The notes: generated by a model from the sequence alone, not told the origin. 52,634 nt of DNA from a candidate division WOR-3 bacterium (GCA_039801485.1 JBDRUR010000002.1:1-52634), one strand, 5' to 3'; numbered from the stretch's first letter, positions 28,347 through 39,187 are shown. Numbers and translations are program-made.

Positions 28347-29171
28347 ATGAAAAAAACAATTTTACTGTTATGTTTGTTAATCGGGTTGGGATTTAGTTAT
28401 AATATCGACTATACAAACTGGACCGTCAATTTTCAAATTGAGAAAGCCGGATTGACTGAATTAAAAGTCGAAACCGATATTGACCGGACATTAAAGTCGT
28501 TAATCAAAAATCTCCAATTTGATAACAACCGAACTGTTCAGGATTATCTTAATGAACATAGTCAAATTGCTCGCCAATTTGACCGATTAAGGATTGGTGC
28601 TAGAGAAACTGATATTCGCTATCTTTCTGATGGTGCAACAATCTACGAATACGAAGCACCTCTCACTGGCCAGGTAATGAAACTATTAATGCCTTATAGT
28701 GGCGGTGGCATACCGATTACAACTTTATGCTGCCCAATTTGCAAAAGGCCATGGCCGGAAGACCTAGCTGTTCCAGAGGGCGTAAAGTTAGTACCGCAAG
28801 AGACTGAATTTACTCCTAAATATACCGGTATTTTAATTGATGCTCGAGACATTGATTTGCAGCCGTGTTTGTTTCCCAAAGTACTTACCGAAGATGGTGA
28901 AGAGATTTACAGTTTGGGTTTCGCCACAAATGAATATGTGACTAAACTAGGGTTGGTTAGTTATGTCCAATCGTTCGACCAGGCATTTCAAAACGAGCGG
29001 TTAGGTATAAATCCTTTACGGGTTACTGCGCTGAAAAGTAGCGGTCCAAATAAAACTGACATTATTATCTCTCAGGCAGATGCTAAAACAATGCACAATT
29101 CCCAACATAACCTCGGACTTTTAGAACGATGCCAAGTGGTAATTCTAATTGGCAACGGTAAGTCAAAATAA
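28347..29171 (+). CDS. Hypothetical secreted protein or lipoprotein
   Basis: Signal peptide MKKTILLLCLLIGLG. Internal CCPIC motif. GAGGA SD favours the ATG at 28347 over 28341. Confidence 0.5.
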   Translation: MKKTILLLCLLIGLGFSYNIDYTNWTVNFQIEKAGLTELKVETDIDRTLKSLIKNLQFDNNRTVQDYLNEHSQIARQFDRLRIGARETDIRYLSDGATIYEYEAPLTGQVMKLLMPYSGGGIPITTLCCPICKRPWPEDLAVPEGVKLVPQETEFTPKYTGILIDARDIDLQPCLFPKVLTEDGEEIYSLGFATNEYVTKLGLVSYVQSFDQAFQNERLGINPLRVTALKSSGPNKTDIIISQADAKTMHNSQHNLGLLERCQVVILIGNGKSK

Positions 29172-29211
29172 ATCACCAACTAATTATCAATTTAAAACCG
29201 AGCGATAATTT

Positions 29212-29997
29212 GTGACAGTTCTTTCGTTACAAAACGGCATAATTTACGGACCAGTCAATTCCAAACGACTAGGCAGGTCATTAGGCATTAATCTCTTACC
29301 AACAACCAAAAAAGTCTGTAGCTTTGATTGCATCTATTGCCATTATGGTAAAACTACTGCTAAAACACTTTTTCCAGAACCTAATGAACTCCCAACAATT
29401 GAACAGATAAAAATTGCGATTGAACAAGCATTGAAAAGCCCAATTAAAATTGATGCCTTGACCTTTTCAGGTAATGGCGAGCCGATGATTCATCCGGATT
29501 TTTCTGAAATCGTCAAGATTGCCACAGAACTAAAAAACCGCTACCGACCACAAATTCCATTAACGCTCTTGAGTAATTCGTCATATTTAGTTAAAGCGAT
29601 TGACATTGACACCTTGTCATTAATTAACAATCGCATTTTCAAACTTGATTGCGCTGACCAAGACAGTTTTCGAATAATAAACAATCCAGTTGACGATTTC
29701 AGTATTACCGCAATAATCGATAGTTTAGCAAAACTTGCAATGGCTTTACCGATTATTATTCAAACCGTGTTTATTGATGGCACTATTAAGAATTATCAAG
29801 GCGAGATATTTGATAAGTGGCTTGAGGCAATAATTAAGATTAGACCCCAGAAAATTCAGATTTATTCTACTGACCGTCCAGTCGCCAATCAACAGGTCCG
29901 AATGGTTGAGGATGAGCAACTTTTTGAACTTGCCAAAATAATCTCCAAGATAACCGAAATTCCAACCACTGCCTACCCGGCACAGAAAAAACGATAA
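29212..29997 (+). CDS. Radical SAM protein, function unknown
   Basis: CSFDCIYCHYG matches CxxxCxxC. GTG start. Confidence 0.75.
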   Translation: MTVLSLQNGIIYGPVNSKRLGRSLGINLLPTTKKVCSFDCIYCHYGKTTAKTLFPEPNELPTIEQIKIAIEQALKSPIKIDALTFSGNGEPMIHPDFSEIVKIATELKNRYRPQIPLTLLSNSSYLVKAIDIDTLSLINNRIFKLDCADQDSFRIINNPVDDFSITAIIDSLAKLAMALPIIIQTVFIDGTIKNYQGEIFDKWLEAIIKIRPQKIQIYSTDRPVANQQVRMVEDEQLFELAKIISKITEIPTTAYPAQKKR

Positions 29998-30106
29998 CAT
30001 CTAATCTTTTCTGCTCATATAAAACACTTAGTATATTGACCTGATTAGCAACAATCAAGACAGTTGACTTAAACTCAAAGATGGATAATATGTTTACAAA
30101 CGATAA

Positions 30107-30955
30107 ATGTATCAATCAAATAAGATTTATCTCTACCAATTAGGCATGAGAATTGCAACTTTGTTACCTCGATTTTTAGCGCTCAGCTTTAGCCATGTAT
30201 TTGCATTTTGGGGTTATGTTTTTGCAAAAAAAGCCCGAAATATTATCAAAAAGAACATCCGATATTGTAATCAGTCGCAACTATGTCTTAAAACCTTATT
30301 AACATTTCTAAATTATGGAACTTATTATGTTGATTTATTTCGGATACTTATATTAGATAAAACCAAACTTCAGAAATTAATATTAAAGGCACAAGGAATT
30401 GAGAATTTAGACCGGGCATTAGCAAACAAAAAGGGAGCAATTTTAATTACTGCCCATTTGGGTAATTGGGACTTAGCCGGTGTTTATTTAGCCAGTCTTG
30501 GTTATCCGCTAACCGCAGTGGTTGAAGATATCCCAGAAATGTCTAATATGCATAATTATTTTCGAATCAAAGGTGGTATTGAGACGGTGTTCACCTTTGA
30601 GATCAAAAAGATGATAAATGCCCTGCTCCGAAATCGGGTTTTGGTTTTATTGGCTGACCGCGACCTAACCAATCGTGGTGTTATTGTCAATTTCCTTGCT
30701 GGTAAGAAAAAAATCCCAACTGGTCCACAAGCCTTCACCCTTAAATATCAAGCGCCAATTCTTTTCGGCTATTTTGTTTTAGATGAAAAACGAAGAAAAT
30801 ATCAGGCTTATATCTCCAAACCATACTATTTCAAAAACAATCTCACAAATACCGAAATAACCCAATTCATTGCCGACCAATTGAGTAACTATATTAAACA
30901 ATTTCCTACCCAGTGGTTTGTATTTCAGGACGAATGGTATGAGCACAATAGTTGA
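30107..30955 (+). CDS. Lipid A / lysophospholipid acyltransferase (LpxL/HtrB family)
   Basis: HLGNWD matches the HX4D acyltransferase motif. N-terminal TM helix. Confidence 0.75.
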   Translation: MYQSNKIYLYQLGMRIATLLPRFLALSFSHVFAFWGYVFAKKARNIIKKNIRYCNQSQLCLKTLLTFLNYGTYYVDLFRILILDKTKLQKLILKAQGIENLDRALANKKGAILITAHLGNWDLAGVYLASLGYPLTAVVEDIPEMSNMHNYFRIKGGIETVFTFEIKKMINALLRNRVLVLLADRDLTNRGVIVNFLAGKKKIPTGPQAFTLKYQAPILFGYFVLDEKRRKYQAYISKPYYFKNNLTNTEITQFIADQLSNYIKQFPTQWFVFQDEWYEHNS

Positions 30956-31664
30956 TTTTATCATTTTCCCGTTTACCAGCCTATTCAGTTTGGGCAAAGG
31001 CTCTAAAACATTTGAGCGTTTTATTGAAGCCAGTTATGAAATCGGTGTTAATTCTTTACCAATAATTATTGTGATTAGTTTCTTTCTTGGTTTAGTCACT
31101 ACGGTCCAGAGTTTTTACCAAATATCTAATATGTTACCCAAATACTTTTTAGGCTTAACAGTTGGTCGGATGATTATGATTGAATTGGGACCGGTATTAG
31201 CAGCAATGACTGTTACTGCCCGTTGTGTATCGGCAATGGCGGCTGAAATTGGCACGATGAAAATAACCGAGCAGATTGATGCCTTAAAAGTGATGAAAAT
31301 TAATCCACAGAATTACTTAGCAAAACCACGAATATTGGCAATGCTGGTTACCTTACCATGTTTAAATGCAGTAACGATTGTCGTTTCGATGCTATCCGGA
31401 GCAATTTTCTCCCAAATATTTTTTTCAATTAATGTTAATACTTTCTTCTATGGACTTACTCACCCGTTTCATCCAATTGACTTTTGGTCAAGTTTCATCA
31501 AATCAATATTCTTTGCATTTTGGATTTCATCAGCGGGAATTTATTATGGTTTTCAAACAACCGGTGGTGCCAAAGAGGTTGGTCAATCGGCAACCAAGTC
31601 GGTTGTCTTATCAATTGCTTTAATCTTAGTGTTTGATTTTATTGCAGCAATAATTTTATTTTGA
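30939..31664 (+). CDS. mlaE: Mla-type ABC transporter permease
   Basis: MlaE-like multi-TM protein. I prefer the ATG at 30939 (MSTIVDF) over the track start at 30918. Confidence 0.8.
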   Translation: MSTIVDFIIFPFTSLFSLGKGSKTFERFIEASYEIGVNSLPIIIVISFFLGLVTTVQSFYQISNMLPKYFLGLTVGRMIMIELGPVLAAMTVTARCVSAMAAEIGTMKITEQIDALKVMKINPQNYLAKPRILAMLVTLPCLNAVTIVVSMLSGAIFSQIFFSINVNTFFYGLTHPFHPIDFWSSFIKSIFFAFWISSAGIYYGFQTTGGAKEVGQSATKSVVLSIALILVFDFIAAIILF

Positions 31665-31668
31665 ATTT

Positions 31669-32298
31669 ATGATTAAAATTATTAATATTACTAAAAAATT
31701 TAATGATCGTCTAATTTTAGATAATATCAATTTTGAAGTGACCAATAATTTATTAGCAATTTTAGGACCGACTGGCAGCGGAAAAACCGTGCTATTAAAA
31801 ATTATTGTCGGTCTAATTAAACCCGATGCCGGTCAGATATTAATCGATAAAAACGAGTCGATTGGCTTTGTTTTTCAACATTCGGCGTTGTTCGATTCAT
31901 TAACAGTAAGGCAAAATATAAGTCTGCCATTAGAAGAAAAGACAAATTTGTCGAAAAGAGAAATAAATGAACAAGTCCTAAAAATCGCTGACCTCTTAAA
32001 TATTAACCAGGCATTTTTAAACAAAAATTGTCAAGAATTGTCTGGTGGTGAGCGGAAGATTGTTGCAATCGCTCGCGCAATTATTAATAATCCTACTTAT
32101 CTATTTTATGACGAACCGACTACTGGCTTAGACCCAATAACGCATGATCGTGTTTGTTCAATTATAAAAAATTTGGCTAAACCAGGCATTATTGTAACTC
32201 ATAGTGAACCAACAATTAAAATGGTTGAAGCGCAGCCGATCTTTCATTTAAAATCAGCAAAACTTTTAAGTACAAAGGAGTATTATGAACAAAGCTAA
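31669..32298 (+). CDS. mlaF: Mla-type ABC transporter ATP-binding protein (short, 209 aa)
   Basis: Walker A GPTGSGKT, signature LSGGERK, Walker B LFYDEP. Confidence 0.8.
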   Translation: MIKIINITKKFNDRLILDNINFEVTNNLLAILGPTGSGKTVLLKIIVGLIKPDAGQILIDKNESIGFVFQHSALFDSLTVRQNISLPLEEKTNLSKREINEQVLKIADLLNINQAFLNKNCQELSGGERKIVAIARAIINNPTYLFYDEPTTGLDPITHDRVCSIIKNLAKPGIIVTHSEPTIKMVEAQPIFHLKSAKLLSTKEYYEQS

Positions 32299-33034
32299 AA
32301 AATTTGGAATTGTTTTATTTATTATTGCAATCATCTTAATTGTTTTATTTAGTTATTTATATCTTTCGGGTAAACTTCGAAGTATTCAGGGATATCAAGT
32401 TGATGTCTATTTCACTGAGGTATCAGAACTTAAAAAGGGTTCGCCGGTCATTGTGCGCGGATTAGAAAAAGGTAAGGTCAATAATATCAAACTCACTGAA
32501 GACAATCAACAGGTTCTGGTCCAGATTACAATTGATAATGATATAAAATTGACTGAGGACAGCAAGTTTGCTATTCGTAGTCTTAGTTACTTCGGTACTG
32601 ATAAAATTCTCTGCATCACGCCTGGTACCGGTAAACCAATGTCAAAATCAACAAAATTTTATGGTGTTAATGAAGTAATTCAACTTGAAAAAATATTTAT
32701 TAATCTTGAAAGCATTATTGCCCAAATCGAGTCGCTACCCATTGATCAAAGCGTTAAAGAAATAAAAATAGAGCTAACCAAATTATATTCAAAAATCGAT
32801 ACTTTGGCGCGTGCATTTACTTTACCAATGACAAATGTTGCCGGGCAACTAAACAACTTGGTCACCAGACTTGATAGTCTGCATTACTATTTTAAGCAGT
32901 CAGGGACAATAACAAAATTAATGGCAAGTGATGAACTATATCAAGAGATTAGAAACACCAATCAGAAACTTCAGGAACTGATCGAGGACATTAAAATTAA
33001 TCCGCAGAAATACTTCTCGGTAAAACTATTTTAG
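32285..33034 (+). CDS. mlaD: MCE-domain substrate-binding protein
   Basis: N-terminal TM helix followed by an MCE-like domain (VYFTEVSELKKGSPVIVRG). Follows mlaEF. Confidence 0.75.
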   Translation: MNKAKKFGIVLFIIAIILIVLFSYLYLSGKLRSIQGYQVDVYFTEVSELKKGSPVIVRGLEKGKVNNIKLTEDNQQVLVQITIDNDIKLTEDSKFAIRSLSYFGTDKILCITPGTGKPMSKSTKFYGVNEVIQLEKIFINLESIIAQIESLPIDQSVKEIKIELTKLYSKIDTLARAFTLPMTNVAGQLNNLVTRLDSLHYYFKQSGTITKLMASDELYQEIRNTNQKLQELIEDIKINPQKYFSVKLF

Positions 33035-33037
33035 CCA

Positions 33038-34339
33038 ATGACCGCATACGAAATTATTCTTAAAAAAAAGTTGGGACAAAAATTGAGCGATGACGAAATA
33101 GAATATATTGTGTCCGGTTACACAAACAATGTCATTCCTGATTATCAATTTTCAGCATTTTTAATGGCGGTCTATTTTCAAGGAATGAGTTTTGAAGAAA
33201 CAACCGCTTTAACTAATGCAATGCTTCACTCTGGTAAGATTTTTGACTTAACAACGATTCCTAACTTTAAGGTTGATAAACATTCAACTGGTGGTGTTGG
33301 CGATAAAGTTTCGCTGATTTTAGCACCATTAGTCGCATCTTTGAGCATGGTAGTACCGATGGTATCTGGTAGAGGGTTGGGTCATACTGGTGGCACCTTA
33401 GATAAATTAGAATCAATACCCGGTTTCAAAACCGATTTAACAGAAAAAAAATTTATTAGTCAGTTAAAAAAAATCGGTGTTGCGATGATTGGCCAAACTA
33501 AAGAACTTGTGCCGGCGGATAAAAAGATTTATGCATTGAGAGATGTAACTGCAACCGTTGATTCAATACCATTAATTGCTGCTTCAATTATGTCAAAGAA
33601 ATTAGCTGAGGGCATTGATGGCTTAGTGCTTGATGTCAAAACCGGTTCCGGAGCCTTTATGAAGGATTATCGGGACGCAGAAACCTTGGCAAAAGTGATG
33701 ATTGCGATTGGTAAAAGAATGCATAAAAAAGTTGGCGCTTTAATTACAAATATGGAGCAACCATTGGGTTATATGGTCGGTAATGCTTTGGAGGTAATTG
33801 AATCAATTGAATGCTTAAAAGGAAACGGACCCGCTGATTTAATGCAAATCACAACTGCGCTAGCATATGAAATGCTGCTTATGAGCAAAAAATATCAGAA
33901 AAATAAAATCAAAGAAATGATTGATCAGGCAATCAACGACGGATTGGCTTTAGCAAAATTTCGCGAAATTATCAAGTGTCAAGGTGGTGACGAACGAATT
34001 ATCGATGATTATCAGTTGCTTCCGCAGCCAAAACATCGCTTCTCAATTCCGAGTCCAAAATCCGGATATATTCAAAAACTAGATGCCCTTACTATTGGAC
34101 TTTTATCCGTTGAACTCGGTTGCGGCCGAAAAACAATTAGTGATAAAATTGATTATAGTGCCGGGTTTATTTTTAAGAAAAAAATTGGTGATAAAGTAAA
34201 AAAAGGCGAGATATTAGTCGATATTTTAGCCAACGATCGTAACAGAATAAAAGCAGTTAGTGAGAAAATTCTAAATGCTTACAAAATTAGCAATGAAAAA
34301 ATTGTCGCACCGCAACTAATTTTATCAAAAATCTATTAA
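33038..34339 (+). CDS. pdp: Pyrimidine-nucleoside (thymidine) phosphorylase
   Basis: Motifs DKHSTGGVGDKVSL and SGRGLGHTGGTLDKLE. Confidence 0.92.
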   Translation: MTAYEIILKKKLGQKLSDDEIEYIVSGYTNNVIPDYQFSAFLMAVYFQGMSFEETTALTNAMLHSGKIFDLTTIPNFKVDKHSTGGVGDKVSLILAPLVASLSMVVPMVSGRGLGHTGGTLDKLESIPGFKTDLTEKKFISQLKKIGVAMIGQTKELVPADKKIYALRDVTATVDSIPLIAASIMSKKLAEGIDGLVLDVKTGSGAFMKDYRDAETLAKVMIAIGKRMHKKVGALITNMEQPLGYMVGNALEVIESIECLKGNGPADLMQITTALAYEMLLMSKKYQKNKIKEMIDQAINDGLALAKFREIIKCQGGDERIIDDYQLLPQPKHRFSIPSPKSGYIQKLDALTIGLLSVELGCGRKTISDKIDYSAGFIFKKKIGDKVKKGEILVDILANDRNRIKAVSEKILNAYKISNEKIVAPQLILSKIY

Positions 34340-34363
34340 GTCGTCCATCAATTTTCTATAAAA

Positions 34364-34391
34364 TTGACAAATTGATAATTTAAAATATACT
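34364..34391 (+). promoter_or_regulatory. Sigma70-type promoter of the ABC-2 exporter, near-leaderless
   Basis: TTGACA (34364-34369), 16 nt, TATACT (34386-34391), then 9 nt to the ATG. No SD. Confidence 0.5.
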
Positions 34392-34400
34392 AAACCCATA

Positions 34401-35123
34401 ATGGTAAAAGCGTGTATTGTTAAAGAATTAAGTAAAAGTTATGGCAATTTATTGGCATTAAAAAATATCTCGTTTGAAATCAATCAAGGCGAGATATTTG
34501 GTCTGATTGGGCCTAATGGGTCCGGCAAAACCACGACTTTGAGAATTTTGGCAACTTTGTTAAAACCGGATAATGGCGAAGCAACTATCTTTGATTTTAG
34601 TGTAACCAAAAATCCGAATGCGGTTAGAAAACTAATAAGTTATTTGCCAGAAGAAGCCGGGGCATATAAGAGTTTATCAGGTTTCGAGTATTTAAATTTT
34701 ACTGCCGATTTATATACTAATGATATTATGAAAAAAAGAGAATTCATCGAACGCGCCTTAGAAATTTCAGCATTGGGTCAACGAATTCACGATAAGGTGA
34801 GAACCTATAGTAAAGGAATGGTGCGTAAGCTACTTTTAGCCCGGGCATTAATGACTAATCCGAAATTTGCCATTCTTGATGAACCAACCGCCGGCTTAGA
34901 TGTTATTAATGCAATGGAAATTAGAACAATTATTAAACAGTTTGTTAAACAAGGTGGCACCTGTTTATTATCATCGCATAATATGTTGGAAGTAGAGTTT
35001 TTATCCGACCGGGTTGCCTTACTCAAAGACGGCGAGATTTTTGAAAGCGGTAATATCGCGGAGCTAAAGATAAGGTATCATGCAAATAATTTAGAACAAA
35101 TATTTTTTGGTATTGGCCAGTAA
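34401..35123 (+). CDS. ABC transporter ATP-binding protein (ABC-2 type)
   Basis: Walker A GPNGSGKT, Walker B ILDEPTAGLD. Confidence 0.88.
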   Translation: MVKACIVKELSKSYGNLLALKNISFEINQGEIFGLIGPNGSGKTTTLRILATLLKPDNGEATIFDFSVTKNPNAVRKLISYLPEEAGAYKSLSGFEYLNFTADLYTNDIMKKREFIERALEISALGQRIHDKVRTYSKGMVRKLLLARALMTNPKFAILDEPTAGLDVINAMEIRTIIKQFVKQGGTCLLSSHNMLEVEFLSDRVALLKDGEIFESGNIAELKIRYHANNLEQIFFGIGQ

Positions 35124-35147
35124 AGCAATAAATTAGTTTAAGATAAT

Positions 35148-36413
35148 ATGCGGCTTATTTTAGTTTTAATAAAAAAAGAAATTAAAGAATTATTAACGCG
35201 TCAACTATTAATTCCAATAATCATTATGGTATTTTTCTTTTCATTTATTGGTCGATTAATGAACAAGGAATATAAAAAAGCGACCAAGCCAAAGCCGGTT
35301 ATCATTGCCGATTTTGATAAAAGTCCAATTAGCAATTTTATTATAACTACCTTAAGTCAAAACAACTTAATTGTTAGCGAACTAACCCAACCAATTGACT
35401 CTTTATTAAAATTTGCACAAACATCAAGGATTGATGTTATCTTAATTATACCTGAAAGTTTAGAAGCGAAATTAAAATCATTGCAACAACCAGCAGTGAC
35501 AATATACACCCTGATTAACAATCTTTCACCATTTGCTGATATTGGTCCGGCTTTTGTGAAATCAGCAATTGGTGCCATAAATGAAAGTTTTGGTGTGCAG
35601 ATTATTAATCAATATGCCAAAGGTGCACCAATCGCTACAATAAAAAAACCAATTAATATCATCGATTATGTAAGTATTAAAGATCAAATTATCAACGCGA
35701 ATCCAGTTGTAATTAAAAATGTTATAAGGGTCCAGACACTCTTTATTCCAGTTATTTTATTAATGGTAATTGTATATATTAGTCAAATGGTCGCGGCGGC
35801 AATTGGACAGGAGAAAGAGAACAAGACCTTAGAAACCTTATTAACATTTCCGGTTAGTCGATTTCAAATTTTGCTAAGTAAAATGCTTGGCGCATCGATT
35901 GTCGCAATTTTACTTTCAGTGATATTTCTTATTGGTATGAAATTCTATTTAACGCCGATGAATCAACTAAGTGGTTCGCCAGTAGCTATCAGGACAACAA
36001 TTGATAATATTTTCCCTGCCCAAACTACTTTGTTTGTTCTTTCAGCCATTTCGTTATTTTTAGCAATTCTTTGTGCGGCTAGCTTAGCGATTTTATTATC
36101 ACTATTTGCTACTGATGCCAAACAAGCACAGGTAATCATTACGCCAATAAATATTTTAGCAATCTTTCCTTATTTTGTTGTTTTGCTTTTAGATATAAAT
36201 TCGCTGGCGCTTCTTCTAAAAGTTATTTTGTATTTGATACCATTTACATACCCATTTATGATGGCACAGGCATTTTTCTTTAAACAGACAACATTAATTA
36301 TTTTGGGTTTAACCTATATGTTGATTTTTTCAATAACGACAACTTTTATCGCAGCAAAAATCTTTTCATCAGATTTAATCTTCACTGCCAAAATAAGAGT
36401 CCGAAAATCATAA
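35148..36413 (+). CDS. ABC-2 family transporter permease
   Basis: N-terminal TM helix, a large extracytoplasmic loop, then about 5 C-terminal TM helices. Adjacent to the ATPase gene. Confidence 0.75.
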   Translation: MRLILVLIKKEIKELLTRQLLIPIIIMVFFFSFIGRLMNKEYKKATKPKPVIIADFDKSPISNFIITTLSQNNLIVSELTQPIDSLLKFAQTSRIDVILIIPESLEAKLKSLQQPAVTIYTLINNLSPFADIGPAFVKSAIGAINESFGVQIINQYAKGAPIATIKKPINIIDYVSIKDQIINANPVVIKNVIRVQTLFIPVILLMVIVYISQMVAAAIGQEKENKTLETLLTFPVSRFQILLSKMLGASIVAILLSVIFLIGMKFYLTPMNQLSGSPVAIRTTIDNIFPAQTTLFVLSAISLFLAILCAASLAILLSLFATDAKQAQVIITPINILAIFPYFVVLLLDINSLALLLKVILYLIPFTYPFMMAQAFFFKQTTLIILGLTYMLIFSITTTFIAAKIFSSDLIFTAKIRVRKS

Positions 36414-36421
36414 ATTATTAA

Positions 36422-37609
36422 ATGAGATTCAAACTTAAGTATTATATTTGTTTTTTAATCTGTTTTTTTGTTGGTTGTTATTATCTGGTAAAGCCACCAA
36501 AATTCATTGAAGCCCCGAAAATTGCAGTTGCAGTTTTATGGGATATTGATACCATCTATCTTACATCCTTAAAGCCATATTCGGTCATTAGCCTTGGCAA
36601 GGCAATAAATCTTGATGCTAATCAAAAATTAATAATCATTTATGCTCGAGATACAATTTTTGTTTATAAATCATCAAAACAAAAATTATTAGCCAGTGGT
36701 GAGAAAATAATCTTTGAAAGTCCGGAGAAAATATCAATTGGTAAAGATCAAAGAAATCTAACTGCCTATCATCGTCGCATTATAATTTCTAAAGATATTG
36801 CTCATCGTTTTCCAACAAAATATCATCTGACCGCAATCAACATTTTGCCCTTAGAACAATATTTATATGGTGTTGTCAGTTGCGAAATCGGTATCGCCAA
36901 TGAGCAAGAACTTGAAGCAGTCAAAGCCCAAGCAGTATGCGCTCGGTCGTATGCAATGTTGTTGTTGGGTAAGAAGAAAGATTTTGACGTATATGGTTCT
37001 TATCTTTACGACCAAGAATATCAGGGTGCTGACCGTGAATATTTATTAGCAATTCGTGGTGTCCAAGCAACGACTGGTGAAGTAATGACTTATAATGATG
37101 AAATCATTTTAGCCCAATATCATGCCTGTTGCGGTGGCCGAACTACTGATGGTCGTTTTTCTTATCTCCGAGCAATTGTTGATGCCCCGTATCATTCATC
37201 AAGAGCCAAGCCTTATTGTCACAAGGCGCCGTATTTTCAATGGGTCGAAAAATTTTCGCTCCAGGATTTTCGGGACAGCATTTTGAAATTAGCCGGCATT
37301 AAATATAAATTTACGTTTGATATAAAATTAGATATCAACAAACGAACTAAGCGAGTTGAGCACTTAAAATTTATTGCTGATAAAGAATATAAACTTACCG
37401 GCGAGACGATTCGTCAGGCATTTAATTTAAAATCAACTTTCTTTAATCTCCAAATAACCAAAGATTCGGTGATAATCAATGGTCATGGTTGGGGACATGG
37501 GATTGGTTTATGTCAATATGGTGCCTTAGAGATGGCAAGACAAAAAATATCTTATAAAAATATTTTGAAACACTATTATCACAACATTAAAATTGCTAAA
37601 ATATACTAA
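36422..37609 (+). CDS. SpoIID/LytB domain protein
   Basis: Motifs AVKAQAVCARSYA, YHACCGGRT and GHGIGLCQYGA. Confidence 0.85.
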   Translation: MRFKLKYYICFLICFFVGCYYLVKPPKFIEAPKIAVAVLWDIDTIYLTSLKPYSVISLGKAINLDANQKLIIIYARDTIFVYKSSKQKLLASGEKIIFESPEKISIGKDQRNLTAYHRRIIISKDIAHRFPTKYHLTAINILPLEQYLYGVVSCEIGIANEQELEAVKAQAVCARSYAMLLLGKKKDFDVYGSYLYDQEYQGADREYLLAIRGVQATTGEVMTYNDEIILAQYHACCGGRTTDGRFSYLRAIVDAPYHSSRAKPYCHKAPYFQWVEKFSLQDFRDSILKLAGIKYKFTFDIKLDINKRTKRVEHLKFIADKEYKLTGETIRQAFNLKSTFFNLQITKDSVIINGHGWGHGIGLCQYGALEMARQKISYKNILKHYYHNIKIAKIY

Positions 37610-37616
37610 GAGGTTG

Positions 37617-38645
37617 TTAACTTACTTTTAAATCTTCGGACAACTGAAATTTGGGAATAAATTTTCTTTTGATTTTTTCCTGGGCTAAGGCAGTGACTAA
37701 AATTGGTAAGACAATGGTTGCATCGGCATAAATTGTAACAGTTTTAGCATCGCAAGCAATTTTACCCCATGATTGGGCTTCATCAAAAGTACAACCAGAA
37801 AGCCCGCCCCATTGTGGTGAGTCCTGGGTGATTTGGATGGCATATTTGTGACCAGATACTGGATATCCAATAAATGGTGCGGTAACTTCGGTTTGCTGGA
37901 TAAAATTCTTTGGCACGCCACCGCCAATATATATTACTGATGAACTTTTAAACTTGGCACACAAAAATGCTGTTTCTTCAATATCTTTTATTAAATCAAA
38001 CTTCAGCTTGCGGTTTTTTTTATACCACAACTCAGTCAAGGCAATCCCGATTGACGAGTCACTAATACTTGGGCAATAAATCGGCACATTATTTTTTGCC
38101 GCAGTCGCAATAAAACTGTCAATTTTCAATTTCTTTTTTTTCTGAGCATTTATCAGATGTTTTCCTAACCGATACAAAAATTCGCGAGTTGAATAGGTCT
38201 TATCTGGTAAAGAAAATGCAAAATCAGCTATAAAGTTATCGGTGGCAATAAAGTCGTCTTCAGAAGCAAAAGTATCGTAGATTCGGTCAATTCGATGTTT
38301 GCGTAATTCGTTGTCATCACAATAATTGGTTCCAATATAATGATGGTAGCCCAAACTTTCAACAATATCATGAAAGATATTAGCCCCGGTCGCAACAATG
38401 CAGTCGAGATAACGATTTTTTATAAGAAAACTAATGACATTTCGCATACCGGCCGGAATCATCGCCCCGGCAAGTCCAAAAAAGATCATCGTTTTGATAC
38501 TCAGCATTTTTTTATAGATCGCAAATGCTTTGCCGAGGTTTCTTGCTTGAAAAGATGTTTTTGCCATCTGATTTAGAATATCAGCAACGGTTATTTTACT
38601 ATTAATCTCAAAAGGAACAGTAGGGTTATTTAAAAATTTTTTCAT
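37617..38645 (-). CDS. Deoxyhypusine synthase-like protein
   Basis: DHS-family features throughout (GGGVPKNF...). I place the start at the ATG at 38645, which overlaps the pdaD stop as ATGA; the track start at 38684 lies inside pdaD. Confidence 0.8.
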   Translation of the reverse strand: MKKFLNNPTVPFEINSKITVADILNQMAKTSFQARNLGKAFAIYKKMLSIKTMIFFGLAGAMIPAGMRNVISFLIKNRYLDCIVATGANIFHDIVESLGYHHYIGTNYCDDNELRKHRIDRIYDTFASEDDFIATDNFIADFAFSLPDKTYSTREFLYRLGKHLINAQKKKKLKIDSFIATAAKNNVPIYCPSISDSSIGIALTELWYKKNRKLKFDLIKDIEETAFLCAKFKSSSVIYIGGGVPKNFIQQTEVTAPFIGYPVSGHKYAIQITQDSPQWGGLSGCTFDEAQSWGKIACDAKTVTIYADATIVLPILVTALAQEKIKRKFIPKFQLSEDLKVS

Positions 38646-39187
38646 GGCAGTAACACTGCGGCCGCAATCACCGTTGTCCACCAACCGCGTTTATCACCAA
38701 TTGCGGTTTGAGTGATATTCATTGTGCGGACAATTTTCCCGGATATCTTCCAGATTTCTTTTCGTTCATCCCAGCTTAATGACGGGTCAAATTCCACGCC
38801 TAAGGTGGTCGCTAACATTGATGCCGCTAAATCTTCGGCATAATCCCCAGCTTTTGCTTCGGTCTCGCCAAAAGAATGGTATTCAGACAGATAACCGTAT
38901 TGATTGGCTTCTTTGGGAACCGCAACGCCAACTGATGCTGAAATTAGCCGGTGCGGTTCGTTAGTAGCATTTTCTGAAATCACGCAAAAGATTACTTCAC
39001 CCGAAGTTAAATACTGGACACCTTTCTGACGCGATAAAAACTTACAGCCCGGCGGTAAAATGCTTGAGACACGGACAATATTAAATCGTTCAATACCGGC
39101 ATCTCTCAGTGCCGCTTCAAAACTTGAAAGTCGGTCGCGGTGTCGGCCAACACCTTTAGTTAAAAAAACCTTTTTCGGTAGAATCAT
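38642..39187 (-). CDS. pdaD: Pyruvoyl-dependent arginine decarboxylase
   Basis: 181 aa with PdaD-like FLTKGVG...VSSILP, including the self-cleavage serine region. Confidence 0.85.
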   Translation of the reverse strand: MILPKKVFLTKGVGRHRDRLSSFEAALRDAGIERFNIVRVSSILPPGCKFLSRQKGVQYLTSGEVIFCVISENATNEPHRLISASVGVAVPKEANQYGYLSEYHSFGETEAKAGDYAEDLAASMLATTLGVEFDPSLSWDERKEIWKISGKIVRTMNITQTAIGDKRGWWTTVIAAAVLLP

